Assembly: GCA_017452525.1 (NCBI GenBank)
Contig: JAFTMG010000006.1
Location: 45,790 to 109,789 of the forward strand
DNA: 64,000 bases
Direction of reading: 5' to 3'
Source: Clostridia bacterium
Lineage (GTDB): Bacteria > Bacillota > Clostridia > Oscillospirales > CAG-272
The position numbers and the translations under genes were made by a program. Under the pieces are notes generated by a model. The model was not told the origin of the DNA. It saw nothing but the letters and a program-made list of their open reading frames with translations, and made no database searches. The first letter of the stretch is position 1. Every line of letters starts with the position of its first letter. Below are positions 45,067-55,184 of this stretch, in pieces.

Positions 45067-45382
45067 TGTTTTTCTCCTTCCTGATAAGAGTTTCTTTGGT
45101 TACAGACTTCGGTTTCGGAACCGTGCGCGAAAAACGCTATTTTTCTCAGATACAAGAAAAGACTTCTGCAACCGTTTCGTTGCAAAAGTCTTGCTTTACC
45201 ATCCTTTTGGCATCAGACAACCGGAGCGAGAAACGCTGTCATGACCGACTGTCTGAATGTTTCGCAACATCAGCTACTCCCTTTTACAAGGAATAGTTTA
45301 CCACAGTTTCGAAAATTTGTCAAGCGTTTACACAAATAAATTTGCATCATCGCTCACAATACCGCCCTGATGCCGTGCGGAA

Positions 45383-46099
45383 TCAAACGGCAAAGCCGCC
45401 GTCCACACCAAGGATCTGCCCCGTAATAAAGGATGCGGCGTCGCTTGCCAGAAACTCAACGGCATGGGCAACCTCCCGCGGCGTGCCGATGCGGCAAAGA
45501 GGCGTCTCATCCGCCAGCGAGCGGCGCGTCTCCTCATCCAGTGCGGCATTCATCTCCGTTTCGATCACGCCCGGTTCCACGCAATTGACACGGATATGTG
45601 AGGGCCCCAATTCCTTTGCCATGGACTGTGTCAATCCTCGGATCCCCGCCTTGGCGGCAGAATATGCTACCTCGCAGGATGCACCGGTCTTACCCCACAT
45701 GGAGCCGATATGAACAATGGCTCCCCCGCCCTGCTTCAGCATCTGCGGCAGGACGGCACGGCTGACATAAAACGCAGCGGAAAGATTGGTATCGACCATA
45801 CGACGCCAATCGGCATCGCTCACGTCCTGCATCAGCGAGATCTGCGCAATACCTGCGTTATTGACCAACACGTCGATTCCGCCAAGCGCGGAAATTGCCC
45901 GATCGACAGCACGGCGGACATCATCAGGATCTGACAGGTCCGCGGCGCACGCCACAGCGCCCGTTCGCTCAATCACTTGCTTTGCCGCCTCATGATTTTG
46001 ATGATATATAAAGAAAACCCGGTCGCCCAGTGCAGCAAACGCCTCAACGCATGCCGCACCGATCCCGCGACTGCCTCCGGTAATCAGAATTTTTCGCAT
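45383..46099 (-). CDS. SDR family oxidoreductase (FabG-like)
   Basis: TGGSRGIGAA Rossmann motif and the YSAAK catalytic motif. Confidence 0.8.
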   Translation of the reverse strand: MRKILITGGSRGIGAACVEAFAALGDRVFFIYHQNHEAAKQVIERTGAVACAADLSDPDDVRRAVDRAISALGGIDVLVNNAGIAQISLMQDVSDADWRRMVDTNLSAAFYVSRAVLPQMLKQGGGAIVHIGSMWGKTGASCEVAYSAAKAGIRGLTQSMAKELGPSHIRVNCVEPGVIETEMNAALDEETRRSLADETPLCRIGTPREVAHAVEFLASDAASFITGQILGVDGGFAV

Positions 46100-46199
46100 G
46101 ATACTGCCCCTTCATTCTTTTTTCAAATATTATACCACAATACCGTACCGTTGTCAAACAGAAACGCAAGAACAAGTGCCCAATATGTGACTCACATAA

Positions 46200-46242
46200 A
46201 AAAGAAGATCCGGAGATGCCCGCATCTTCTTTTGTTTGGATC
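46200..46242 (-). terminator. intrinsic terminator
   Basis: GAAGATCCGGAGATGCCCGCATCTTC followed by TTTTGTTTGG. Confidence 0.55.
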
Positions 46243-46246
46243 GCCG

Positions 46247-47494
46247 TCAATGTGCCTTTTTCCTTCGCTTCACCAACCCGGCAACGCGCTCCACATAAGC
46301 TTTGTACCTCGGCGTTTCGCGGATCGGATCAAACCATTCCCATCCTTCCCGCTCCGACAGCGCGCGATGGAACCATGACGGGAACAGCATATAGCAGGTA
46401 CCTTCGCGGTGAATATATCGAATACGTTCCTGAATGTCCTCCGATGCCTCGCCGCCCTGCGTCCATTGGATCGTATTTCCTTCATCACAAGTCAGCCAGC
46501 ATTCCTCTGAGATCCATACTGTTTGATCCAATGCGGGGGAGGCACAGCGAAGAGCGATTCCGCTTGGCTGTGCCATTGCCTTTTCCAACAAAGAAACGGT
46601 GTCCTCCAGAATCAGAAATGCCTGCTCGAACCGACCGAGCGACGTCATATAACAGGCTCTTCGAAAGCCCATCCACAAACGTGGCTCCACCCAAAAATCG
46701 ACCTCACCGTTTCCGGAAATGGGATAAGCCGGCGAAGGATCGCAATTGCAGACGTGATGAAGCAGATCCAGCAGTACGTCATTGACGTACAACAGATGAT
46801 GCACATCGGCGGGTTTACTCATATCCTGCCAGCTCTGCCAACTGCTATCCAGCAATTGATCCAAACGAGAACATAGATTGGATTGCCTCACCTGCTCCAG
46901 CTTGTCGTATTCCTTGCGCGTTTCGTAGCGCTGCTGTAGCAGAACGTCACGGGAAAGATCGGAGGAGGAGGCATATTTGCGCAAATATTCCTCAATATGC
47001 CCTTCGTCTTCCATACGCGCCATATATTGAATGATCTGATCGTAAAGCCACGTGTCATCGGTATGCACGGTCAGCTCGTCCGCCGTCAACCGTAACTCCG
47101 CCAAAATGGCGGCATCACGGTAAAGCTCCTTTTGGACAGCCAGCTCAAACAGCTGTATGATTGCGGGACAATCCAGATAGTTACGGCGCAACGCCACGAT
47201 TACAGAAAGAACTGTTTCACGATCGCACGGTTCATTGGAGGCTTTGGAGATACGCTTCAGCATTTCGATGACTTTATCGTTCTTATCCTCCTCCGAAACA
47301 CCGAGCAATTGATCGATGGAAACGGAAAAAATGCGTGACATAGCGGGAAGAAGCTCCATATCCGGATAGCAGGTATCGTTTTCCCAACGGCTGACCGATT
47401 GGTAGGAAACGCCCAGCTTTTCCGCCAGCTGTTCTTGGGTGATATGATGCTTGCGGCGCAGTGCGCGAATGTTCGTGCCGATCGTCAGTTTCAT
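46247..47494 (-). CDS. XRE-family transcriptional regulator with a C-terminal helical (TPR-like) domain
   Basis: HTH LRRKHHITQEQLAEKLGVSYQSVSRWENDT. Confidence 0.7.
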   Translation of the reverse strand: MKLTIGTNIRALRRKHHITQEQLAEKLGVSYQSVSRWENDTCYPDMELLPAMSRIFSVSIDQLLGVSEEDKNDKVIEMLKRISKASNEPCDRETVLSVIVALRRNYLDCPAIIQLFELAVQKELYRDAAILAELRLTADELTVHTDDTWLYDQIIQYMARMEDEGHIEEYLRKYASSSDLSRDVLLQQRYETRKEYDKLEQVRQSNLCSRLDQLLDSSWQSWQDMSKPADVHHLLYVNDVLLDLLHHVCNCDPSPAYPISGNGEVDFWVEPRLWMGFRRACYMTSLGRFEQAFLILEDTVSLLEKAMAQPSGIALRCASPALDQTVWISEECWLTCDEGNTIQWTQGGEASEDIQERIRYIHREGTCYMLFPSWFHRALSEREGWEWFDPIRETPRYKAYVERVAGLVKRRKKAH

Positions 47495-47615
47495 TTTGAT
47501 ACCTCACCTGTTCTTTTTGGGCGTATATGCATGCTATTATAGTATACTGTAGAACTGCAAAAAAATCAATAACGAATTTTGAGAATCCCTTTCACGAAAA
47601 TGGTGAGCGGATTTC

Positions 47616-47644
47616 TTGACTTTTCTTTGGTAATGTGATACACT
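47616..47644 (+). promoter_or_regulatory. promoter of the beta-helix/M13 peptidase genes
   Basis: TTGACT, 17-nt spacer, TACACT. Confidence 0.5.
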
Positions 47645-47695
47645 TTATTTATAGTTCGTACTGCTTTACTTCTTCATCAAGGGGGACATACCGCT

Positions 47696-49201
47696 ATGAT
47701 CCGCGCAACCGAAAAGTTTTTAAAAGAGCTCGACGTACTGAGTGAAAAACGGAGGGAGGAAATACGCAATGCCGAGGATCAAACAGAGATCCGCGGCACC
47801 GTTTACTACGTCAGCAATGCAGGCAATGACAAAAATGACGGCAAAACGCCCGAGACGGCATGGCAAACCCTTACCAAGGTTTCCGAAACAGACTTTGCCG
47901 CAGGTGACGGCGTTCTCTTCCGCAGAGGCGATCTGTTCCGCGGCTTTATCAAAACACGTCCCGGCGTGACCTATGCTGCTTACGGCAAGGGGGACAAGCC
48001 GAAATTCTACGGTTGGGACCATAGCCTTGCTGATCCCACCCTTTGGGAGCTCTGCGACACCGAGCATCACATTTGGAAGCTGAAGGAGCTGATCCTTGAC
48101 TGCGGCACCCTTGTGTTTAACGACGGCGAGGCGCATTGCCGTAAGCTGATCCCCTCCTACATTCACGGTCGCTTCGTCTGCCGCAACGATGAGGACCGCG
48201 TTTTCGACATGTCACGGGAAATGGACCGCGACCTGGACCTTGTCTGCTTCTATGAAGGAAACATGACCGATCGGCCCACCAAGGGCGAATGCTTCCCCGT
48301 CCCGGTCATGGATTCCCAAAGCTACGGAACGCTCTTCCTCCGCTGTGACCGCGGAAATCCCGCCGAGGTATTCCAAAGCATCGAGGCACTTCCGCGCCGC
48401 TCCATGATCCAGGTCGGCAGCAATGCCAACGTCACCGTGGACAATCTCTGCCTCAAATATATCGGCATCCACGCTATTGCGGCAGGTGGTTCCTGTGTCA
48501 AGGGACTTCACGTCTCCAACTGTGAGATCGGCTGGGTCGGCGGTACCGTCCAAAGCTATCTTGGGCTGGATCCAAACTATCCGCAAGGCAGACGCGGTTC
48601 CGTTACCCGATACGGTAACGGCGTTGAGATCTACGGCGGTTGCGACGACTACGTTGTATCGAACTGCTATCTGTACCAGATCTATGACGCGGGCATCACA
48701 CATCAGGTCACAACAAACGGCAAGCTGTTTGAAATGAAAAACATTCGTTATCTGAACAATCTTGTCGAATACTGCGTATATTCCATCGAATATTTTCTGG
48801 AGAAAAACGGCGGCGACACCGAAAGCTATATTGACGGATGCGAGATGAGCGGCAATATTCTGCGTTTCTCCGGCTACGGCTGGGGACAGCAGCGCCACAA
48901 CACCTATACCCCCGCTCACATCAAGGGCTGGAGCTATGAAAATACTGCCCGCAATTATTCCATCCACGACAATATTTTTGACCGCGCCGCATACCGCATG
49001 GTCCACCTCGTTGCCAAAGAGGCGGAAAGCTGCCCTGTGATGCATCACAACACCTACGTTCAGAAATTCGGACAGACGCTGGGACAGTACGGTGCCAACG
49101 CAACCGCCGAGCCTTATAATTTCTCCTTTGATGAACGTGTCAACGAGCGCATTGAGGGTGTTTTGCACGACAGCGGTGCCGAGATTTATTATCTGGATTA
49201 A
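47696..49201 (+). CDS. right-handed parallel beta-helix repeat protein (pectate-lyase-like)
   Basis: 501 aa. Repeated GxxN/NC motifs typical of beta-helix proteins. No signal peptide. Confidence 0.5.
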   Translation: MIRATEKFLKELDVLSEKRREEIRNAEDQTEIRGTVYYVSNAGNDKNDGKTPETAWQTLTKVSETDFAAGDGVLFRRGDLFRGFIKTRPGVTYAAYGKGDKPKFYGWDHSLADPTLWELCDTEHHIWKLKELILDCGTLVFNDGEAHCRKLIPSYIHGRFVCRNDEDRVFDMSREMDRDLDLVCFYEGNMTDRPTKGECFPVPVMDSQSYGTLFLRCDRGNPAEVFQSIEALPRRSMIQVGSNANVTVDNLCLKYIGIHAIAAGGSCVKGLHVSNCEIGWVGGTVQSYLGLDPNYPQGRRGSVTRYGNGVEIYGGCDDYVVSNCYLYQIYDAGITHQVTTNGKLFEMKNIRYLNNLVEYCVYSIEYFLEKNGGDTESYIDGCEMSGNILRFSGYGWGQQRHNTYTPAHIKGWSYENTARNYSIHDNIFDRAAYRMVHLVAKEAESCPVMHHNTYVQKFGQTLGQYGANATAEPYNFSFDERVNERIEGVLHDSGAEIYYLD

Positions 49202-49344
49202 CAAAATCAGCTCCTATAAACCGCAGGTCTATGGGAGCTTTTTCATTTTCTTGTTGCTTTTCCGAAATTTTATGATATAATTAGATCATAATGAAGAGTA
49301 ATTTTTCAAAATTCAGCAACAACACAAAGCAAAGGAGATATTTC

Positions 49345-51243
49345 ATGGAAAATATCAGAATTCAGGACGATCTTTACCTGCACGTCAACGGTGAGACACT
49401 TGATCAGCTGGTCATTCCCGACGATAAGCCCGTAGCGGGCGGTTTTTCGGAGCTTGCCGACGGCGTGGAAAAGATCATGATGGAAGAGTTTGAAACGATG
49501 TCTGCCAACCAATCCTACCCGAACGATTATCTCAAGAGAGCCTGCGAGCTTTACGCGATTGCCAAGAATGCCGACAGAAAGGCGCAGCACGGCATTGCCC
49601 CTGCGCTCAAAAAATTGGCGATCCTCAACGAGATCAAGGACCTTGGCGACTTCAGCCGCCTTTACAAGACCTTGTCTCTCGGAGGTATTCCCACGCCGCT
49701 TAACATCAGCGTGGACACCGATATGAAGAACACCAGGCAACACCTGGTCTACATTCAGGGTGCGGGCGTCATTCTCCCCGATGCCTCCTACTACAAGCCC
49801 GAAATGGCAGCACAGAAGGAGCAGATCCTCGGCATCTGGACCAACGTGGCAAAGGCCGTGATGGCAAACACGGATCTCTCTCCCGAGGAGCAGGAAAAAT
49901 TTGTAGCCGACGCACTCGCATTCGACGAGATCCTGGGCGGACTCGTCAAAACGAGCGAGGAATGGTCCAGATATATTGAGATGTACAATCCGATGGACGA
50001 GGAGAAGGTTGCCGAAATGCTCTCCACTCTTGATTTCAACGGCATTCTCAACGACCTCTTCGGTCACGTACCCGCAACCGTCGTTGTGACCGAGCCCAGA
50101 TTCTTCGGTGACTTCGCCAAGGTGCTGAACGCGGACACCCTCGAACTCTACAAGCACTGGGCATACGTGACCGGACTGATCAGAGCCTGCAACTTCCTCT
50201 CGGAGGAGCTTCGTGATATGGGCGGCATGTATATGCGCGCGCTGACGGGTGTTGCAAAAATGCAATCCATTGAGAAGTTTGCATATAACCTTGCATCCGG
50301 CATGTATTCCGAGCCCGTGGGCATCTATTACGGTGACAAATACTTCGGCGAGGCAGCCAAGAAGGACATCACCGAGATCGTCTACCAGATCATCGACACC
50401 TACAAGGAGCGCATCAAGACCAATGAGATTCTTGGCGAGCAGACCAAGGAAAAAGCGATCCTCAAGCTCTCCACCATGGGCGTAAAGATGGGTTACCCCG
50501 ATAAGGTGAGAGCGATTTATGACAAGCTCACCTTCTGTGCGGACGATTCGCTTCTCGACATCATGCTTTCGCTGAGCGCGATCCGCGAGCAGGAAGCATG
50601 GGCAAAGCTTGACCGTCCCACCGAGCCCGAAAACTGGCAGATGCCCGGACACATGGTCAACGCTTGCTACGATCCCTTCGTCAATGACATCACCTTCCCC
50701 GCTGCGATCCTGCAGGCGCCCTTCTATTCCTTCTCCCAGACCAGAAGCCAGAATCTCGGCGGTATCGGCGGCGTGATCGGTCATGAGATCTCTCACGCCT
50801 TTGACAGCAACGGCGCCAAGTGCGATGAAAACGGCAACATCAATGATTGGTGGACCGAGGACGACTTCAAGAGATTTGACACGAAGGTAAAGGAAATGAT
50901 CGCGCAGTTTGACGGCATTGAGCTTCCCCAGGGTAAGGTCAACGGCGCGTTTATCGTCAGCGAAAACATGGCGGACAACGGCGGCATGTCGGTCACCCTC
51001 GATATCATGTCCAAGACGGAGGGCGTTTCCTACGAGGAATACTTCACCAACTGGGCAAAAGTATGGTGCCAGAAGGCAAGACCTGAATACGCCCAGATGC
51101 TTCTCTCCGTGGACGTACACGGTCCCTGCATGCTCCGCGCCAACATGCCTCCCAGAAACTTCAAGGAGTGGTATGAGACCTTCGATGTCAAGGACACCGA
51201 TCAGATGTATCTCGCCCCCGAGAAGCGTATCGTGATCTGGTAA
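49345..51243 (+). CDS. M13 family metallopeptidase (neprilysin/PepO-like)
   Basis: HEISHAFD (HExxH) and ENMADNGG motifs. AAGGAG RBS 7 nt upstream. The longer ORF 49291 was rejected. Confidence 0.85.
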   Translation: MENIRIQDDLYLHVNGETLDQLVIPDDKPVAGGFSELADGVEKIMMEEFETMSANQSYPNDYLKRACELYAIAKNADRKAQHGIAPALKKLAILNEIKDLGDFSRLYKTLSLGGIPTPLNISVDTDMKNTRQHLVYIQGAGVILPDASYYKPEMAAQKEQILGIWTNVAKAVMANTDLSPEEQEKFVADALAFDEILGGLVKTSEEWSRYIEMYNPMDEEKVAEMLSTLDFNGILNDLFGHVPATVVVTEPRFFGDFAKVLNADTLELYKHWAYVTGLIRACNFLSEELRDMGGMYMRALTGVAKMQSIEKFAYNLASGMYSEPVGIYYGDKYFGEAAKKDITEIVYQIIDTYKERIKTNEILGEQTKEKAILKLSTMGVKMGYPDKVRAIYDKLTFCADDSLLDIMLSLSAIREQEAWAKLDRPTEPENWQMPGHMVNACYDPFVNDITFPAAILQAPFYSFSQTRSQNLGGIGGVIGHEISHAFDSNGAKCDENGNINDWWTEDDFKRFDTKVKEMIAQFDGIELPQGKVNGAFIVSENMADNGGMSVTLDIMSKTEGVSYEEYFTNWAKVWCQKARPEYAQMLLSVDVHGPCMLRANMPPRNFKEWYETFDVKDTDQMYLAPEKRIVIW

Positions 51244-51296
51244 TTCCCTAAAAAGCAGTGTCTGCCGCAAGAAGACAGACATCTCTTACAACCCAA

Positions 51297-51332
51297 AAAG
51301 ACAGAGAAATTTCACTTTCTCTGTCTTTTTCT
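51297..51332 (+). terminator. bidirectional intrinsic terminator (M13 peptidase and his operon, convergent)
   Basis: AAAGACAGAGAAA-tttcac-TTTCTCTGTCTTTTTCTTG. Confidence 0.75.
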
Positions 51333-51384
51333 TGTCCCGATCTGCGCGGCGGCAGATTACGGGAGAGGGATATTCTCATCCGGT

Positions 51385-52041
51385 TTATTGGGTCATTTTT
51401 TCTTGCTTGACCTTATGATCGATCACGTGGCGAGAAGCGAGCTCGTTGTGAATATCCTCCAGCGTGATACCCATCTGGATCATCATGACCATGACGTGAT
51501 AGGTCAGATCGGAGATCTCGTAGATCGTTTCCTTTTTATCGTCTGCCTTGCCCGCGATGATGACCTCAGTACACTCCTCGCCCACCTTTTTAAGGATCTT
51601 ATCGATTCCCTTTTCAAACAGATAGGTGGTGTACGAGCCTTCCTTCTTCTCGGTCTTTCTGCCCTCGATCAGTTTCATCAAGCCCTCCAGCGAGAAGATG
51701 CCTGCCGCTTCCTCGGCATTTTCGTAGATCACTTCGTTGAAGCAGGAGTCGGTACCCGTGTGGCAAGCGGGACCGTCCTTGCGCACCTCTACGGTCAGCG
51801 CGTCGCGGTCGCAATCGGCAGTGATGCGCACGATATGCTGGTAGTTCCCGCTGGTTTCTCCTTTGAGCCACAATTCCTGACGGGAACGGCTCCAGAAGCA
51901 GGTCAAGCCCTTCTCCAAGGAGATCTTCAGGCTTTCACGGTTCATATAGGCAACGGTCAACACCTTCTTGCTCTCAGCATCCACCACAACGGCGGGGATC
52001 AGACCGTTTTCGTCAAATTTCAAAGTTTCAATATCAAACAT
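51385..52041 (-). CDS. hisIE: bifunctional phosphoribosyl-AMP cyclohydrolase / phosphoribosyl-ATP diphosphatase
   Basis: HisI region CFWSRSRQELWLKGETSGN. HisE C-terminus. Confidence 0.9.
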   Translation of the reverse strand: MFDIETLKFDENGLIPAVVVDAESKKVLTVAYMNRESLKISLEKGLTCFWSRSRQELWLKGETSGNYQHIVRITADCDRDALTVEVRKDGPACHTGTDSCFNEVIYENAEEAAGIFSLEGLMKLIEGRKTEKKEGSYTTYLFEKGIDKILKKVGEECTEVIIAGKADDKKETIYEISDLTYHVMVMMIQMGITLEDIHNELASRHVIDHKVKQEKMTQ

Positions 52042-52071
52042 AGTATGCGGTAACCTTTCTTGGTTGAAATC

Positions 52072-53097
52072 TTATTGAGGAAGATCCAGTTGGATTTTAT
52101 GATTTTCGATCAGCGGCACCATGCCGGATTGTGTCCAGTCGGGCTCGACGTCATATACCCACGAGGTGCTCGATCCTTCGATCGCGATCTCGCCCTTCTC
52201 GGTGACCGTGACAATGGCAGAGAGCGGATCGGTGAAAAACCACGTATTCTTTGCCTGCTTCATGGTATTCAGAGGCAAATTCCGGGGCGCCCCCGCGGGC
52301 TTGCCGTCGGCATCATAATCTTGAAAACCGTACGTCATATCTTCCGTGTAATGGAAATCGGGATGGGGCTTCCAACCGCCATTGTGAACAACGTTGACGT
52401 CCCAATAAGCAATATGATCTATTACTGCGAAATGATCCGTATGAAGATGGCCGTTTGCCACAAGCAGGACCGTGCCGTGATATGCGTTGAAAATGGCTCT
52501 CGCCTCTGCCGCGTCGGGAATGGGAGACCATTGCGGGGACAGTGAAGCATGGGTGAACACAAGCACCTTTTTGCCCTGCTTTGCCGCATCCGCCACAGTT
52601 GTATTCAGCCACGCCAATTGATCCGGACCGAGGCTGTTCCACTTTCCATTCTCACGGGCAGGACAGTGGCTGCCGTCGAGATTGCGCTCCCACGCGCCAT
52701 CGGAGCGGAGGGAGTAATTGGTATCCAGACCGATCAAACGGAAATTTCCGATATCCGTCGACCAATAACCGATGCGGTCGCCCTCCGGTCTGGATACGGG
52801 GCGGTTGCAGAGATGGGCATTAACGAAAGCCATCTTGTTTCCCGTCTCCAGCTCATGGTTTCCGTATACACCGTAAACAGGCAAGCCGTAGGGATTGTTC
52901 ACGTAAAGATCGACCACTTCGGGAGAGCCGGCGTAATCGTTGCTGAAGTCTCCCATATGGATCACAAAGTCAGCGTCTGCGTCTGCAGCTCGTTTGAGAA
53001 TGGCTTCCAGCGAGGAAACCGGTGGTATATACATCCCCTTTTTATAGTGATAATCGGCTAACACTGCAAATTTCAGCACAGTTTTCCCTCCAATCAC
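52072..53097 (-). CDS. calcineurin-like metallophosphoesterase embedded in the his operon (candidate histidinol-phosphate phosphatase)
   Basis: DxH (LADYHY), GDFSND, GNHE and GHLH metal-binding motifs. Cytoplasmic. The GTG at 53097 overlaps the hisF stop (GTGA). An alternative GTG at 53079 has GGAGGG 6 nt upstream. Confidence 0.75.
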   Translation of the reverse strand: MIGGKTVLKFAVLADYHYKKGMYIPPVSSLEAILKRAADADADFVIHMGDFSNDYAGSPEVVDLYVNNPYGLPVYGVYGNHELETGNKMAFVNAHLCNRPVSRPEGDRIGYWSTDIGNFRLIGLDTNYSLRSDGAWERNLDGSHCPARENGKWNSLGPDQLAWLNTTVADAAKQGKKVLVFTHASLSPQWSPIPDAAEARAIFNAYHGTVLLVANGHLHTDHFAVIDHIAYWDVNVVHNGGWKPHPDFHYTEDMTYGFQDYDADGKPAGAPRNLPLNTMKQAKNTWFFTDPLSAIVTVTEKGEIAIEGSSTSWVYDVEPDWTQSGMVPLIENHKIQLDLPQ

Positions 53098-53852
53098 AAC
53101 CGAACGTTGATCCCGTTGTTTCTGAGCTCTTGCTTCAGATCCTTAATGGCAACCTCGCCAAAATGGAAGATCGAAGCGGCAAGCCCCGCATCCACACCGG
53201 GAAGCGTTTTGAACAGCTTGGTAAAATCATCGATGCATCCCGCACCGCCCGAGGCGATCACGGGAACCTTCACCACGCGACAGACGGCATCCAGCATTTC
53301 CAGATCAAAGCCCTGCTTCACGCCGTCCGTATCCATCGAATTGAGCACGACCTCTCCCGCACCCATGCCGACGCAACGGCGGATCCACTCGATCGCCTCC
53401 ATGCCCGTATTCTCCCTGCCCCCTTTGGCGAAGACACGGAAAACACCGTCCACACGGCGCACGTCAGCAGAAATGACCACACATTGGTCGCCGTATTTCT
53501 TTGCCGCCTCTTCGATCAGCTTAGGATTGCGGATCGCGCCCGAATTGACGCTGACCTTATCGGCACCGCATTTCAGCACGCGGTCAAAATCCTCAACGGT
53601 GTTGATGCCGCCGCCAACGGTGAGCGGGATGAATATGGTACTTGCGACCTCGCGAAGCACGTCGGTAAAAAGCGCACGTCCTTCGGCGGACGCGGTGATA
53701 TCATAAAACACCAGCTCATCCGCACCGTTTTCGCTGTAGTATTTCGCCAGCGAAACGGGTGAGGAAACGTCGGCAAGATTCAAAAAATTAACACCCTTGA
53801 CAACACGCCCGTTCTTAACGTCGAGACAAGGAATGATTCTCTTGGTGATCAT
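53094..53852 (-). CDS. hisF: imidazole glycerol phosphate synthase, cyclase subunit
   Basis: HisF (beta/alpha)8 barrel. N-terminus KRIIPCLDVKNGRVVKG. Confidence 0.9.
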   Translation of the reverse strand: MITKRIIPCLDVKNGRVVKGVNFLNLADVSSPVSLAKYYSENGADELVFYDITASAEGRALFTDVLREVASTIFIPLTVGGGINTVEDFDRVLKCGADKVSVNSGAIRNPKLIEEAAKKYGDQCVVISADVRRVDGVFRVFAKGGRENTGMEAIEWIRRCVGMGAGEVVLNSMDTDGVKQGFDLEMLDAVCRVVKVPVIASGGAGCIDDFTKLFKTLPGVDAGLAASIFHFGEVAIKDLKQELRNNGINVRL

Positions 53853-54565
53853 ACGCTTGCCTCCTTGATTGCCTGTGCGAGATCGATCGCGCCGGTATAG
53901 TAAGCCTTGCCGATGATGGCACCGTAAAGCTTTTGTGCGCGCAACGCGCGAATATCCTCCATACTCGACACGCCGCCCGAGGCAATAAAATGAATGGAAT
54001 ACCGAGCCGAAAGAGACGCATACAGCGCGCGATTCGTTCCCTGCATTGCCCCGTCACGGGAGATATCGGTCACGATCATCGTCTTGACGCCGATCTCCTG
54101 CATGCGAGCGCAAAAGTCATCGCAGGTCAGTGCGGATTTTTCGGTCCAGCCTTTGATGGCAACCATACCATCCTTGATATCGGCACCGACGGCAATGGCA
54201 TCGCCAAACTCGGCAACAGCCTGCTCCACAAAGCCCTTCTCCGTTACCGCCGCCGTGCCGAGAATGACACGGTTAACACCAATGGTCCGGTATGCCCGAA
54301 TGGTCTCCATCGAACGGATGCCTCCACCTAACTCCACAAACAAATTTGTGTTTTGAACGATCTTTTCAATGGTCTTCAGATTGGGTGTCGTGCCGTACCG
54401 TGCACCCTCCAGGTCGACCATATGCAGATATTTTGCGCCTGCCGCCTCGAATTTCCGTGCGACATTCAGCGGATCTTGATCGTAGACGGTCATTTGTGCG
54501 TAATCGCCCTTATAGAGGCGCACCGCCTGACCTTCATACAAATCGATAGCGGGAAAAATATTCAT
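53849..54565 (-). CDS. hisA: ProFAR isomerase
   Basis: N-terminus IFPAIDL. Barrel homologous to HisF. Confidence 0.9.
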   Translation of the reverse strand: MNIFPAIDLYEGQAVRLYKGDYAQMTVYDQDPLNVARKFEAAGAKYLHMVDLEGARYGTTPNLKTIEKIVQNTNLFVELGGGIRSMETIRAYRTIGVNRVILGTAAVTEKGFVEQAVAEFGDAIAVGADIKDGMVAIKGWTEKSALTCDDFCARMQEIGVKTMIVTDISRDGAMQGTNRALYASLSARYSIHFIASGGVSSMEDIRALRAQKLYGAIIGKAYYTGAIDLAQAIKEASV

Positions 54566-54566
54566 C

Positions 54567-55184
54567 TCAGAAACCTCCTTCGCAAAACGCGCGCAGGATG
54601 TTCAAGCCCACGTCTCCGCTCTTTTCGGGATGAAATTGGCAACCGCATACGTTGCCGTTTGCCACCGCGGCAGTCAACTCTGCACCGTATTCGGCGGTAG
54701 CGATCACGCTCTCCTCACAGTCGGCGGCATAATAGGAGTGGACGAAATAAACGCAGTCCCCCTCCTGCAGATAGCGGAACAGTCCGTGCTTTTCCGCACC
54801 GAAATGAAGCGCGTTCCAGCCGATATGGGGGATCTTCAGATCCCCGGGGATCACGTCGGCGATCGGACGGACCGTGCCGCGGATCAGTCCCAGTCCCTTA
54901 TGCTCACCGTACTCCAGACTTTTCTCAAACAGCATCTGCATGCCGAGGCAAATCCCCATGATCGGCTTTCCCGCGGCGGCCTCCGCCCGCAGAACTTCAT
55001 CCAATCCGCTCTCGCGCAACTTGGCTGCGGCATCCTCAAACGCGCCGACACCGGGCAGAATGATCTTGTCGGCACGGCGGAGCTCATCGGCATCCCCCGT
55101 CACGATCACGTCGGCACCGATGGTCTCAAGGGAAGAACGGAGGGAAAAGAGATTGCCGACACCGTAATCAACAACAGCGATCAT
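54567..55184 (-). CDS. hisH: imidazole glycerol phosphate synthase, glutamine amidotransferase subunit
   Basis: GATase class I: GICLGMQ catalytic cysteine motif and a HPEKS histidine motif. Confidence 0.9.
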   Translation of the reverse strand: MIAVVDYGVGNLFSLRSSLETIGADVIVTGDADELRRADKIILPGVGAFEDAAAKLRESGLDEVLRAEAAAGKPIMGICLGMQMLFEKSLEYGEHKGLGLIRGTVRPIADVIPGDLKIPHIGWNALHFGAEKHGLFRYLQEGDCVYFVHSYYAADCEESVIATAEYGAELTAAVANGNVCGCQFHPEKSGDVGLNILRAFCEGGF

